Assembly: GCA_041622815.1 (NCBI GenBank)
Contig: JBFJYC010000001.1
Span: 1 to 41,175, forward strand
Length of the DNA stretch: 41,175 nucleotides
Source: Spongiibacteraceae bacterium
Lineage (GTDB): Bacteria > Pseudomonadota > Gammaproteobacteria > Pseudomonadales > Spongiibacteraceae
Reading direction: 5' to 3'
Position numbers and translations under genes: made by a program. How positions within the stretch are numbered: the first letter of the stretch is position 1; every line of letters starts with the position of its first letter. The notes under the pieces are model-generated. The model did not search any database and was not told where the DNA came from. It worked only from the letters and a program-made list of their open reading frames with translations. Positions 8,751-18,691 of this stretch are shown piece by piece.

Positions 8751-11648
8751 TCAGGGAAAGCTGAACCAGCGCGCATCTCGCTTGAAGGCGATGCGATCCG
8801 CAATCAGCCGGCCGGGCAATCGCCGGACATCAACATTGCTACTACCCAATAACCAGAGCACCCGCCGCGTATCGGCACCGAATAAAGCTTTGACGTGACT
8901 GCGCCACTGCTCATACGTCAGGGCGTTCAAGGCGTTAACCAACTGTTCACGGCCGTCAAAGGCGGTATAGCCGATCAACAAGTCCCGCCAGTAGCGGTCA
9001 CTGGCCTCCCAGAGATTGGTCGGCGACTCCAGTAGCCGGCTCAGTAGCGCTGCCTTGTGACGGTCGAAAGCTGCTTCATCGATGGCGCTTTGTTGCCATT
9101 GCGTCAGGAACTCTCCGATTTCCGCGCGCACTGTCTCGCTGTCCGCAACCGGTGATTGCACCAGCAAAACCAGCCCGGCGGCATCGCGCTGGGGATAGGC
9201 ATAGGCAGACACCACATAGCCCAGTTGTTTTTCAGTGCGCAGTACGCGGTAAAAATCCGATGACAGCATCTGCGCGATCACACCAACACTGACGCGGTGC
9301 GCCTTATCGGCAGACGCGGCCTGCAAGTATGCGAGCACCGATGTGTCTTTGTGTTCGCTGGCAACGATATTCACCAATTCACCCCGGGGCAGCTGCAAGA
9401 CATCGTCGGACGGGTTGATGATGCCGTCGGCGAGCGGCAGCTTTTGCTGGATCAACCCGGCGATCCGGCGCGCCTCTTTCCCGGAATAATTGCCGTTGAT
9501 CTGCACCAGCGCCGCAGTGCCGTCCAACGCGATGCCTGCATGCGCAACAACTTGTGCCAGATCAACCCGTTCAACAGCCGGCAACAGTTCCTCGTGCAAC
9601 CAATCTTTTTTGCGCAACAAAGTGCCGAGATCTTTCATCAGCAGACGGTAGGGCTCAACCTGCCGTGAATTTTGCAGACCGCGCACCAATTCATCTTTAA
9701 CACGACTAAAGCGCGCGCTGTCGGCGGCAGGGGCTTTCAGTGTTTCCAGCACTTGTTCCAGCAACTTGTGCTGCTTCTCGTTGTAGCCGCGTATCGTGAT
9801 TTGTACGCCACGCCGGTCCGGTCGCAATGCGACATTGAGACCCGCCAGATTCGCGGGGTACTCCCAGCTATTCAGCTCATCATCGACCAGGTTCAGCCAT
9901 AGCAGATTGCGGGCCGCATACACCAGACCGGTTTCGCCGCTCGGTGCGCGTAACAATATATTGATACTGCCTTTAGGTACGCCGAAACCAGCATCCGTGC
10001 GATGCCATACATCCAGACCTTCATCTGACTTGAGTTGCACCGGTGTCCTGACATCGACAGCCGGCGTTCTCAGTGACAGGTCATGCGCGATAAAAATATT
10101 CGGCGGCGGTAAGGCCAGCTTCGCGGCAAGGGATTTTGCCAGCGACGAGGCCGGCGGCAAGTTGATGCCACGCTCAATCGAATAAGGCGTGCTGTAATAC
10201 GCACTCTTTTTCGTTGCTTTTATCTCCGGCGCGACTACCGCTATTTGCACACGTCCGGGCACCAGATCAGCCAGCAACTGCCTGATCGCCGTTTCGCTAT
10301 ATTTTGAGTAAAGATACGGGCCGTTCAGCACATGCTCGGCAGAATACTCATGCAGCTGTGACGCAATTGCGCTGACGTCGTTAATGGCGTCGGGAATATT
10401 CCGATACTGAAACTGCTGATGCCCGAGCACCGCAAGCTCTTCAAACCGCCAGCGCTCAACACCTTTCCTGCGCACCAGATCAATCGCAGCAAATACCAGT
10501 GCGGTGACGTCATCACGGTGAGCGTAGCCGGATTCGGTCAGTGTGATACTGACCGATAGCATGCCGCCACCGTTGAAATCAAAGGCAGTACCGGCACTCA
10601 GCGTTTCCGCCCAGCCCTGCGCCTTCAGCGTCGCGAGCAGACTGCCCTCACCCTCATGTCCCAACAGATTACCAACATAAGCCGCCGGCTTGCTCCGGTA
10701 CAACGACTTCATGTCACCGATTTCGAAGCCGTAACTGATCTCGCGGCTGTTCTGCAGTGGTTGAATATGCATGCGCAGCGGCAGGTCTTCCGCTTTGAAC
10801 AGCGGCACCGTGATTTTGTCCTCCGGTACATCCCGGCGCAGCACCTGACTGAAGCGGGGGCGCACCAGCGCCTCTAACTCTTCCAGCGATCGCGGACCGC
10901 TAACCACCAGACTCATGCGGTGCGCGGAATACCATCTGCCATAAAATTCGAGCAAGGCGTTGCGGAGTGCAGCCTCGTCGGCTGCCTGTAACGTCTGCAA
11001 ACTGCCGACACTGAAATGGCGAAAAGGGTGCGCAGGATTGACTTCGGTTTTCACTACATCATAGATACGCCGGCGATCATCGCGGATGCGCGCGCGGTAC
11101 TCTGATTCAACCGCATTAACCTCACGACTGACATATTTTTCATTGAATAGCGGGTCGATAAAAAAACGGGAAAAACGATCCAGCGCAGGTTCCAACTGTT
11201 CATGCGCGACATCAAAAAAGTAATTGGTGTGCTCAAAGCTTGTATAGGCATTATGTCCGCCGGCGTGAGCATTGATAAAGCGCTCATACTCACCCGCATC
11301 CGGATACTTTTGCGTGCCCAGAAACAGCATATGCTCTAAAAAATGCGCCAGTCCCTGCCGCTCATCGGGATCGTGGCGCGATCCTACATTTACATCCAGC
11401 GCCGCAGCCGCCTTGTCCGCATCCCGGTCAGATACCAGTAAAACCCGCATGCCGTTATCCAGCAGCAGATATTTATACTCACGGTGATCGGCGATACCGC
11501 CGACCGGCTGCTTATCCAGAAAGGAAATGCCGGCACAAGCTGTCAGTAGCAGCGCTGCCACAACAGCGCTGGCAAGGTTAAATCTGTAATTACGCAACCG
11601 GTGTCTGCTCCGCTTCTTCCGAGTGAATATCCCGGCTCGGCCAGGCAT
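8751..11648 (-). CDS. M16 family zinc peptidase (pitrilysin / insulinase-like), probable lipoprotein
   Basis: Inverted zincin motif HFLEHMLFLGT (HxxEH) sits near the N-terminus. The roughly 950-aa four-domain size is typical of protease III. Lipobox LLLTAC. The start is ambiguous: the ATG at 11648 overlaps the upstream gene by 59 nt. An in-frame TTG at 11597 would give MRNYRFNLASAVVAALLLTAC. Confidence 0.9.
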   Translation of the reverse strand: MPGRAGIFTRKKRSRHRLRNYRFNLASAVVAALLLTACAGISFLDKQPVGGIADHREYKYLLLDNGMRVLLVSDRDADKAAAALDVNVGSRHDPDERQGLAHFLEHMLFLGTQKYPDAGEYERFINAHAGGHNAYTSFEHTNYFFDVAHEQLEPALDRFSRFFIDPLFNEKYVSREVNAVESEYRARIRDDRRRIYDVVKTEVNPAHPFRHFSVGSLQTLQAADEAALRNALLEFYGRWYSAHRMSLVVSGPRSLEELEALVRPRFSQVLRRDVPEDKITVPLFKAEDLPLRMHIQPLQNSREISYGFEIGDMKSLYRSKPAAYVGNLLGHEGEGSLLATLKAQGWAETLSAGTAFDFNGGGMLSVSITLTESGYAHRDDVTALVFAAIDLVRRKGVERWRFEELAVLGHQQFQYRNIPDAINDVSAIASQLHEYSAEHVLNGPYLYSKYSETAIRQLLADLVPGRVQIAVVAPEIKATKKSAYYSTPYSIERGINLPPASSLAKSLAAKLALPPPNIFIAHDLSLRTPAVDVRTPVQLKSDEGLDVWHRTDAGFGVPKGSINILLRAPSGETGLVYAARNLLWLNLVDDELNSWEYPANLAGLNVALRPDRRGVQITIRGYNEKQHKLLEQVLETLKAPAADSARFSRVKDELVRGLQNSRQVEPYRLLMKDLGTLLRKKDWLHEELLPAVERVDLAQVVAHAGIALDGTAALVQINGNYSGKEARRIAGLIQQKLPLADGIINPSDDVLQLPRGELVNIVASEHKDTSVLAYLQAASADKAHRVSVGVIAQMLSSDFYRVLRTEKQLGYVVSAYAYPQRDAAGLVLLVQSPVADSETVRAEIGEFLTQWQQSAIDEAAFDRHKAALLSRLLESPTNLWEASDRYWRDLLIGYTAFDGREQLVNALNALTYEQWRSHVKALFGADTRRVLWLLGSSNVDVRRLPGRLIADRIAFKRDARWFSFP

Positions 11649-12672
11649 TGATAATCGCTTTCAGTAAAGTGGCCAGCGGTATCGCGAAGAACACGCCCCA
11701 CAACCCCCAAATTCCGCCAAAAATAAGCACCGCCAGGATAATCGCGACCGGGTGCATATTGACCGCTTCGGAAAACAGCAGCGGCACCAGCACATTGCCA
11801 TCCAGCGCCTGAATGATGGCGTAAACCAGAAACAAGGATCCGAATTCAGAGGACCAGCCCCACTGCAAAAATGCGACCACCACGACAGGAATCGTCACTA
11901 CCGCCGCGCCGATATAGGGAATTACCACGGACAGCCCTACAGCCAATGCCAGCAGCGCCGCATAGTTCAGCTGCAGCCAGGCAAATGCGATATACGAAGC
12001 GACGCCGACAATGACAATTTCGACAACTTTGCCGCGTACATAGTTGGCAACCTGATCATTCATCTCCGCCCATACTGTGCGCATCAGCGGGCGCCGCGGC
12101 GGCAGAAAAGCAGCAAACCAATCGAGAATCTTCTGCTTATCTTTGAGAAAGAAAAATACCAAAATCGGTACCAGCACCAGATAAATCATCAGATTAACCA
12201 GATTCGGCAGCTGTGAAATCGAGTATTCGAAGATGCGCTGCCCCAACTTGCCGCCCTCGGCAGCCGCCTGCGCCATCCAGGCATTGACCTGCTCAACGGT
12301 GACAAAATCATAGCGCTCGGGCACCAGCATCAGTGCCGCCCTGAGCTGGCCGATCATCTGCGGTAACTCGGCGATAAGATTGGTTAACTGCTGCCAGACC
12401 AGCGGCATCACGCCAAACAGGAAGCCGATAAACGCCCCCATAAACACCAGAAACGCAGTCGCCATTGCGAGCCAGTTGGGCATACCCAGCCGGGTCAAAT
12501 TAGCAATCAGACCCTGCAGTACAAACGCCAATACGACGGAGCCGATGACCGGCGCGAGCACATCGCCCAGCGTCGCCAATATCACCAGTGCGACCACGAG
12601 CAACAATGCCAGAACAACCGTTTCTTCCTCGGCGAAAATCCGGTCGATAAAGCGGCGCAGCGTTTTTAGCAT
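11590..12672 (-). CDS. perM: AI-2E family transporter (PerM/YhhT-like, UPF0118)
   Basis: 360-aa polytopic membrane protein with about 8 hydrophobic segments. The C-terminal pattern GGIWGLWGVFFAIPLA is typical of AI-2E. It is divergent from a bepA-like gene, as for perM-bepA in E. coli (synteny recalled, not searched). Confidence 0.8.
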   Translation of the reverse strand: MLKTLRRFIDRIFAEEETVVLALLLVVALVILATLGDVLAPVIGSVVLAFVLQGLIANLTRLGMPNWLAMATAFLVFMGAFIGFLFGVMPLVWQQLTNLIAELPQMIGQLRAALMLVPERYDFVTVEQVNAWMAQAAAEGGKLGQRIFEYSISQLPNLVNLMIYLVLVPILVFFFLKDKQKILDWFAAFLPPRRPLMRTVWAEMNDQVANYVRGKVVEIVIVGVASYIAFAWLQLNYAALLALAVGLSVVIPYIGAAVVTIPVVVVAFLQWGWSSEFGSLFLVYAIIQALDGNVLVPLLFSEAVNMHPVAIILAVLIFGGIWGLWGVFFAIPLATLLKAIINAWPSRDIHSEEAEQTPVA

Positions 12673-12688
12673 TGGTGGACCGGCCTCT

Positions 12689-12964
12689 TTAGGCTTTGCG
12701 GATCAGGTAACGGAACACACCGTCGACCTCAGAACTATGCAATAGCGTATTACCACTACGCCGGGCGAATACGGCAAAATCCTCCACCGAACCGGCGTCA
12801 GTGGCCAACACCTCGAGCACCATACCGGCACTGAGCGCATTTAAGGCCTGCTTGGCTTTGAGCAAGGGCATAGGACAGGTCAATTCGCGCGCATCGAGGT
12901 ATTCATCCGGATTCAGATCAGCGCCCGGGGCAGAAAGTTCACTATGTGGCACCGATGTCGGCAC
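12689..12964 (-). CDS. TusA/SirA-family sulfurtransferase-like protein
   Basis: 91 aa with the family-defining CPMPLLKAK (CPxP) motif followed by the LEVLATD...DF pattern. Which TusA paralogue it is cannot be decided from sequence alone. Confidence 0.8.
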   Translation of the reverse strand: MPTSVPHSELSAPGADLNPDEYLDARELTCPMPLLKAKQALNALSAGMVLEVLATDAGSVEDFAVFARRSGNTLLHSSEVDGVFRYLIRKA

Positions 12965-13075
12965 TTCGACGACTACCCGAAATTAAATTGAACCGCATTA
13001 TCGCGGACTTGCCGAACTATAACCATAATCGGCTGCGAAACGCACTTTTCCGTTACTGCGCTGTCTTAATCGACA

Positions 13076-13116
13076 GTGCCCCGCCCAGCCGCTAGCATAC
13101 GGCTGCCATCGGGCAC
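13076..13116 (+). other. Nested imperfect hairpin in the bepA-like leader
   Basis: The outer pair GTGCCC (13076-13081) / GGGCAC (13111-13116) encloses the inner pair CAGCCG (13086-13091) / CGGCTG (13100-13105). It ends 29 nt upstream of the preferred GTG start. Confidence 0.25.
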
Positions 13117-13144
13117 TTCATGTCCGGCCCGACAGGATTATTCA

Positions 13145-14602
13145 GTGCCCAATCAGATCATCCGAACCGTCAGCGCAGTTTTGCTCGTTCTCGGCCTTGC
13201 CGCCGCGACCGCCCGCGCGCAACCGGAAATCGACGACGAATATGGCCTGCCTTCGCTGGGTGATGCCAGCTCCAGTCTTTTCTCTACCGACCAAGAATAC
13301 GAACTCGGCCGGGTCTGGCTGATGGCATTCCGCAGCAGAGTGGAACTACGTGATGATCCCCTGTTGCAATCCTACCTCGAAGATCTGATTTACCGGCTGG
13401 CACAGCACAGCGAGCTCAAAGACCGGCGGCTCGACCTGGTGATAGTGAAGAACAAGGTGATCAATGCCTTCGCGGTTCCCGGTGGTGTGATCGGCGTCCA
13501 CGACGGTATTTTTCTGTACGCGGAAAACGAGAATCAGCTCGCCGGCATTCTCGGCCACGAACTTGCGCATATCAGTCAGCGACACTTCGTTCGTTCGGTA
13601 GAGCGGCAGCGCGCTGCGACACTGCCGACAATGGCGGCCTTACTCGCGGGTATTGTCATCGCCGCCACATCCGGCGGCGATGCCGGTATTGCCGCGATCA
13701 CCGCCGGCCAGGCAGCGGCATTGCAATCGCAACTGCGTTTCAGCCGCGAAAACGAGCAGGAAGCTGACCGTATTGGCATGCAAACTCTCGCCCGCGCGGA
13801 CATGGACCCCAACGCCATGCCGGAGATGTTCAGCATCATGAATGCCAAGCTGCGCTATCTCAGCCGCAAGCCGCCTGAGTTTTTGCTGACCCACCCGCTG
13901 ACCGAGAGCCGCATCAGCGACAGCGCAGCCCGGGCGCGGGTCTATCCCCGCAAGGTCTACCCGCAAAACCTTGAATATCAGCTGATGCGCAAACGCACTG
14001 AAGTCGCGTTCGCGGAGAACCGGGACAACCTGCTCGGCAATTACCGTTCGAAAGCTGACAGCGGCGGTGAAGCCAACCGCTACGGCATTGCCGTAGCGCA
14101 GCTAGCGATCGGTGATTTCCAGAATGCCTGGAACAGCCTGAAGCCATTACTGGATAGCGACCCGAACCGCATCAGCTATGTCTATACCGGTGCAGATATT
14201 CTGCTGCAACAACGAAAAATCAAAGAGGCTGTGGACTTGCTGGAGCGCAACTTACGGTTAGCACCGAATAATTACGCCCTGAACCGCAAGCTCGCCGAAG
14301 TCTGGCAGGCCGCCGCCAGCCCCCACAAAGCCGAGGAAGTACTGGCGCGGCTCGGTGAGCTGCGTCCCGCCGATCCGAACGTTTGGTACCATCTGGCCGA
14401 GGTCCGCGGTCTGTCCGGCAATATCCTCGGCCTGCATCAGGCGCGGGCAGAATATTTTATTTTAGTCGGTAATTTTGATGCTGCGGAGAAGCAGCTTTCT
14501 TATGCATATCCACTGGCCCATAACAATCCGATTCAGCAAACGCGCATCAAACAGCGCGCCCGTCAGATTCAGGATATCCGCGACAAAATTAAGAAATTTT
14601 AG
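13145..14602 (+). CDS. bepA: Periplasmic M48 metalloprotease with C-terminal TPR domain (BepA/YfgC-like)
   Basis: HELAHISQRH (HExxH) is present, with a downstream ENEQEADR and a TPR-like C-terminal half. The track ORF starts at 13076. The in-frame GTG at 13145 has AGGA 9 nt upstream and yields a clean signal peptide (VPNQIIRTVSAVLLVLGLAAATARA) and a 485-aa product, the size of BepA. Confidence 0.85.
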   Translation: MPNQIIRTVSAVLLVLGLAAATARAQPEIDDEYGLPSLGDASSSLFSTDQEYELGRVWLMAFRSRVELRDDPLLQSYLEDLIYRLAQHSELKDRRLDLVIVKNKVINAFAVPGGVIGVHDGIFLYAENENQLAGILGHELAHISQRHFVRSVERQRAATLPTMAALLAGIVIAATSGGDAGIAAITAGQAAALQSQLRFSRENEQEADRIGMQTLARADMDPNAMPEMFSIMNAKLRYLSRKPPEFLLTHPLTESRISDSAARARVYPRKVYPQNLEYQLMRKRTEVAFAENRDNLLGNYRSKADSGGEANRYGIAVAQLAIGDFQNAWNSLKPLLDSDPNRISYVYTGADILLQQRKIKEAVDLLERNLRLAPNNYALNRKLAEVWQAAASPHKAEEVLARLGELRPADPNVWYHLAEVRGLSGNILGLHQARAEYFILVGNFDAAEKQLSYAYPLAHNNPIQQTRIKQRARQIQDIRDKIKKF

Positions 14603-15128
14603 TCAGCGCCGTCCAGCTGATTTCAAAGTCGCCGGCGTCGCTGGAAAAATACGCCGAATCACCGCTTAGCGTTACCGACATCTCCATAGTGCGCTGCACC
14701 AGCGCAGTCAGCGCCTGCAGCCCGACCCAGCGCAACTGAAAAACCTCAGCTTTTGAATCGGATATCTGCGCCCCCGCCTGCTGCCACCATGCATCCGACT
14801 TAGTGTTAAACGAATAGACACGCACCGCTTCGGCAACACGCGTTGCTTTTTTGATCCGCTCCGGTGCCGGTTCGCCGACATCGATCCACAGCAGTAATCG
14901 CCCGTCGAGCGAGCGGCACTCGATATCCGGCACATCGGGTTCGCTGAGGCCTTTGGTAAAACCCAGCCCTTCCCGGGCGTTAATGCAGAAGGCGAGCACC
15001 CGCGCCATCATCCTCTCAGTCGTTTCCGAGGGATGCTGCGCAATGGTTAAATTTAAAGTGTCGTAAAAATCCCGGTCGAGATCCGACACGGCAATACGGG
15101 CTTTAAATATAGTGGGTTTAAGCGCCAC
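14589..15128 (-). CDS. yaeQ: YaeQ family protein
   Basis: (V)ALKPTIFKARIAVSDLDRDFYDTLNLTIAQHPSETTERMMARVLAF matches the characteristic YaeQ N-terminus. The GTG at 15128 gives 179 aa. The track's 238-aa ORF extends back over the nadA 3' end and is Arg/Gly-rich junk. Confidence 0.85.
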   Translation of the reverse strand: MALKPTIFKARIAVSDLDRDFYDTLNLTIAQHPSETTERMMARVLAFCINAREGLGFTKGLSEPDVPDIECRSLDGRLLLWIDVGEPAPERIKKATRVAEAVRVYSFNTKSDAWWQQAGAQISDSKAEVFQLRWVGLQALTALVQRTMEMSVTLSGDSAYFSSDAGDFEISWTALTKIS

Positions 15129-15139
15129 GCGATGCGCGC

Positions 15140-16216
15140 TTACAGGTGCTGCTTGGCGAAATCGAGCATTCGCGTCAGCGGCTTCATTGCCTTGCGACCG
15201 AGTTCGGGGTCCACCTCTATTTCGTTGCCGCCGTGCTCCAACACCGCCGCCAGATTGTCGAGTGCGTTCATCGCCATCCACGGACAATTGGCGCAGCTTC
15301 TGCATGTGGCGCCGTTGCCGGCGGTCGGCGCAATAATAAACTCCTTGTCCGGCACCGACTGCTGCAATTTGTAAAAAATCCCCTGGTCAGTGGCGACGAT
15401 AAACCGCTTGTTCGGCAGCTCCGACGCGGCGTTAATGATTTGCGTCGTCGAGCCGACACGGTCAGCGAGTTCGACAACCGCCGCCGGCGATTCCGGATGC
15501 ACCAGCACCGCAGCGTCGGGGTACAACTTTTTCAGGTCTTCAATGCCGCGTGCTTTAAACTCTTCATGCACGATGCAGCTGCCATCCCAGAGCAACATAT
15601 CCGCACCGGTTTCCCGCTGCACCCAGCTGCCCAGATGCTGATCCGGCGCCCACAGAATTTTCTCACCCAGCGCGTCCAGATGTTTAACCACTTTTAGTGC
15701 GATACTCGAAGTCACCACCCAGTCCGCCCGCGCCTTCACCGCTGCGGAAGTATTGGCATAGACGACCACGGTCCGGTCCGGGTGTGCATCGCAAAACGCC
15801 GTGAACTCCGCCACCGGACAACCGATATCAAGCGAACAGGTCGCCTCCAGCGTCGGCATAATGACCCGCTTATCAGGCGATAAAATTTTTGCGGTTTCGC
15901 CCATGAATTTGACGCCGGCGACCACCAGCGTTTGCGCCGGATGATCGCGGCCGAAACGCGCCATTTCCAGCGAATCCGACACACAACCGCCGGCCTCCTC
16001 GGCCAGCGCCTGAATTTCCGGTGCGGTGTAATAGTGCGCGATCAACACCGCATTGTGCTGCTGCAGCAGCTGTTTGATGCGGTCGCGTAGTCGCGCCTGA
16101 TCGGCTGCCGGAATTTTCGGCTCAGCAGTCAGCTTGTCCAGATGCTGCTGAACTATCTGTCGCGGTGAGGCTGTATTAGACATAAAGGAAACTGCAAGTG
16201 CGGAACGTCCGGACAT
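15140..16216 (-). CDS. nadA: Quinolinate synthase
   Basis: The conserved NadA stretches are [30 protein letters not shown] and CSLDIGCP, with a C-terminal [10 protein letters not shown]. The start could also be the second ATG at 16183. Confidence 0.95.
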   Translation of the reverse strand: MSGRSALAVSFMSNTASPRQIVQQHLDKLTAEPKIPAADQARLRDRIKQLLQQHNAVLIAHYYTAPEIQALAEEAGGCVSDSLEMARFGRDHPAQTLVVAGVKFMGETAKILSPDKRVIMPTLEATCSLDIGCPVAEFTAFCDAHPDRTVVVYANTSAAVKARADWVVTSSIALKVVKHLDALGEKILWAPDQHLGSWVQRETGADMLLWDGSCIVHEEFKARGIEDLKKLYPDAAVLVHPESPAAVVELADRVGSTTQIINAASELPNKRFIVATDQGIFYKLQQSVPDKEFIIAPTAGNGATCRSCANCPWMAMNALDNLAAVLEHGGNEIEVDPELGRKAMKPLTRMLDFAKQHL

Positions 16217-16257
16217 TTTAACATAGTTACCGCCCTGACCCGGCTATACCGTCCTGA

Positions 16258-18624
16258 CTAGCCGCCGAAGCTGAACCTCAAATCGGCCTGATAGGTGGTC
16301 TGGTCGGGATAAGGTGTCTGAGTGTAATTACCGGGCAGTAGCGGCTGATCAAGTATCAGCACCGAATCCTGTACCTTGGTCAGGTTGCGCGCCTGGAAAT
16401 TCAACGTCCAGCCGCCGGATGCCGAGCGCAGGCCAAAACCGGCATCGATGCGTGTGGTTGCCGGCTGGAATGTATTCGGATCGATGTCCGAATCGAGATA
16501 GCGCCCGTCGGTATAGGTCACATTCAAACGGATATTCGCCAGCCAGTCCGCGCTTTCGAAAAGCCGGAATTCGTATTTTGGTGAATACGACAGACTCCAG
16601 CGCGGCGCATAGGGCAAGGGCTTACCGCCCAAGTCCTGTCCCGGGTCGTCGCCGGACCGGAACAACGGCGGGCCATCGGGAAACTTTTCGTAGCGGGCAT
16701 CGAGATAGCCGACACTGCCGGCCATACTCAATCCCTCCAACGGCGGCAACCAGAAAAAATCCAGCTCTACGCCGCGGCTAGAGGATTCCGGCGCGTTGCT
16801 GGTGGTCAGTGTGACGCCGTTAAACGTGCGGATTTGCAGGTCTTCAACCTGTGCATCAAATACCGCCAGATTCAGCGTCAGCGAACCGCCCGCCAACCGG
16901 GATTTCATGCCTACTTCGTAGGTGATCGCCTCCTCGGCGCGAAATGTCAGCGAGTCATCATTCAGCGGTGCGGGATCGATACCGCCGGCCTTAAAACCGA
17001 CCGCTGCATTCGCATAGATATTGATGTCCGGCAGGATTTCGTAATTAACCGCAATCTTCGGTGACACATTGGACTCTTTGATTTCCAGCGACTGATTACT
17101 GAAATCGCGCTGATTCAGTGATCCGCCGGAGATATTATTGCCCGCCGCAACCTTTGAAAACGAGCCGCCGGTCGATTCGTCTTCACCGTAGCGCAGCCCG
17201 AGCGTGAGCGACAAGGCCTCGGTGATTGCCCAGTTGAGCTGCGAAAAAATGGCGTAGGAAACGGTTTGCGAGCTGGTGCCGGAGATAAACCGCTCCTGCT
17301 CAGATCCCTCGGCAATCAAACCATCGCCGGTAACTATAAAACCGTTATTCCGAAACGCATCGATATCGAAAGGATCAAAGGGAAACTGATTGTTCTGAAC
17401 GATGGCGCCGGCACGGCCAAAGGCGACCAGACCGTTGAGATCGACATCGATATCCTGAAATACATTCTCCTTGGACTTCTGCGCGAACAGACCGGCGACA
17501 AAATCCACCCCTTCACCGAAGCCAAAGGGCGCGCCCACCGAGCCCGCCAGCCGCAACTCGGCGGAGCGCGATGTATTGGGATTACCTCTGGGCGGCAAAT
17601 TGAAGTTCACCAGATTGACCGGCGAATAATCCACATCCAGTTCGTAGGGGATTTTGACCTGTGCCCAGGCCAGAATGCCGGTCACTTCCGGCGCCTCAAT
17701 GCCAAACAGCGTATCCGGCCGGTATACCATGCGCAGGGAACCGGCAGCGACCTCTCGATCCGACTTGGTCGGGCCGTCGGTGGAGGTATTCTGGTCAAAA
17801 GCATCATCCTCGACCTCAGGATCGTACTCGCGGAACACGTTGAGGCTGCGCTCGCTCGCAGATTTCAACGACTGCGTATAACCGACAGTTTCCGACTGGC
17901 TCACCAATGCGTTAAAGCCGATACTCAGCTCATCGCTGAGCAACCATTCCAGCTTCAGGCGAACGCCCGCATCTTTCTGGGTCTGCTGCTCATCGCGGGT
18001 GCTGTTGTATTCCAGCGTGTCCGCATCCTTATAGCGGAATGCGAGACGGCCTAACAAGTTCTCGCCCAACAGCGGCCCTGATATTGCGCCCTCAATACCA
18101 CTGAAGGTCACGTTCTGGCCGTGGGTCAGGGAGACAAAACCCTCGTGTTCAGCGGTGGGCTGCTTGGTGTGAAAATTCAGAACGCCACCGAGTGTATTTT
18201 TACCAAACAGCGTGCCCTGCGGCCCACGCAACACTTCGAGCCGCTCGATATCAAATACCGCATCCTGCGCGTAGGTAGAGCGCCCGTAAGGCACATCGTC
18301 GATCACCAAACCGATGGAGGGCACAAATCCAACTCCAAGCGGTGGCGTACCAAAGCCGCGGATAATGATTGTCGTGTACAGCGCAAGCGCCGCATCAAAC
18401 GTCACATTCGGGATATAACGCGTCAGCTCAACAACATCGCTGATGCCGGATTCATAGATAAATTCTGCATCGACTACTGAAATCGATAGCGGTACATCCT
18501 GCGCACTCTCGACTTTTTTGTTGGCGGTGACGAGCACCTCTTCGATAACGCGCGACTGTGCAGATACAGATGACGTCGACAGCAACGACGCCATAGCGAA
18601 AAACAAACCGAAACAAACTCGCAA
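16258..18624 (-). CDS. TonB-dependent receptor
   Basis: It has a signal peptide ending SVSAQS and a plug region (EEVLVTANKKVESAQDVPLSISVV, RGPQGTLFGKNTLGG). The beta-barrel is about 700 aa with alternating Gly/Tyr/Asp-rich strands. TTG start per the ORF track. Confidence 0.9.
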   Translation of the reverse strand: MRVCFGLFFAMASLLSTSSVSAQSRVIEEVLVTANKKVESAQDVPLSISVVDAEFIYESGISDVVELTRYIPNVTFDAALALYTTIIIRGFGTPPLGVGFVPSIGLVIDDVPYGRSTYAQDAVFDIERLEVLRGPQGTLFGKNTLGGVLNFHTKQPTAEHEGFVSLTHGQNVTFSGIEGAISGPLLGENLLGRLAFRYKDADTLEYNSTRDEQQTQKDAGVRLKLEWLLSDELSIGFNALVSQSETVGYTQSLKSASERSLNVFREYDPEVEDDAFDQNTSTDGPTKSDREVAAGSLRMVYRPDTLFGIEAPEVTGILAWAQVKIPYELDVDYSPVNLVNFNLPPRGNPNTSRSAELRLAGSVGAPFGFGEGVDFVAGLFAQKSKENVFQDIDVDLNGLVAFGRAGAIVQNNQFPFDPFDIDAFRNNGFIVTGDGLIAEGSEQERFISGTSSQTVSYAIFSQLNWAITEALSLTLGLRYGEDESTGGSFSKVAAGNNISGGSLNQRDFSNQSLEIKESNVSPKIAVNYEILPDINIYANAAVGFKAGGIDPAPLNDDSLTFRAEEAITYEVGMKSRLAGGSLTLNLAVFDAQVEDLQIRTFNGVTLTTSNAPESSSRGVELDFFWLPPLEGLSMAGSVGYLDARYEKFPDGPPLFRSGDDPGQDLGGKPLPYAPRWSLSYSPKYEFRLFESADWLANIRLNVTYTDGRYLDSDIDPNTFQPATTRIDAGFGLRSASGGWTLNFQARNLTKVQDSVLILDQPLLPGNYTQTPYPDQTTYQADLRFSFGG

Positions 18625-18691
18625 GACTTAAACCCTATCGTTATTATTTAGTCACGCCTGCAATCCTACCACCGGCAGCGGCCTGAGTGCT

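Noticed and set aside
15129-15305. N-terminal 59-residue extension of the yaeQ ORF in the track
   Set aside because: The extension overlaps the nadA 3' end and is Arg/Gly-rich. The YaeQ-like sequence begins exactly at an in-frame GTG (15128), which gives the expected ~180-aa length.
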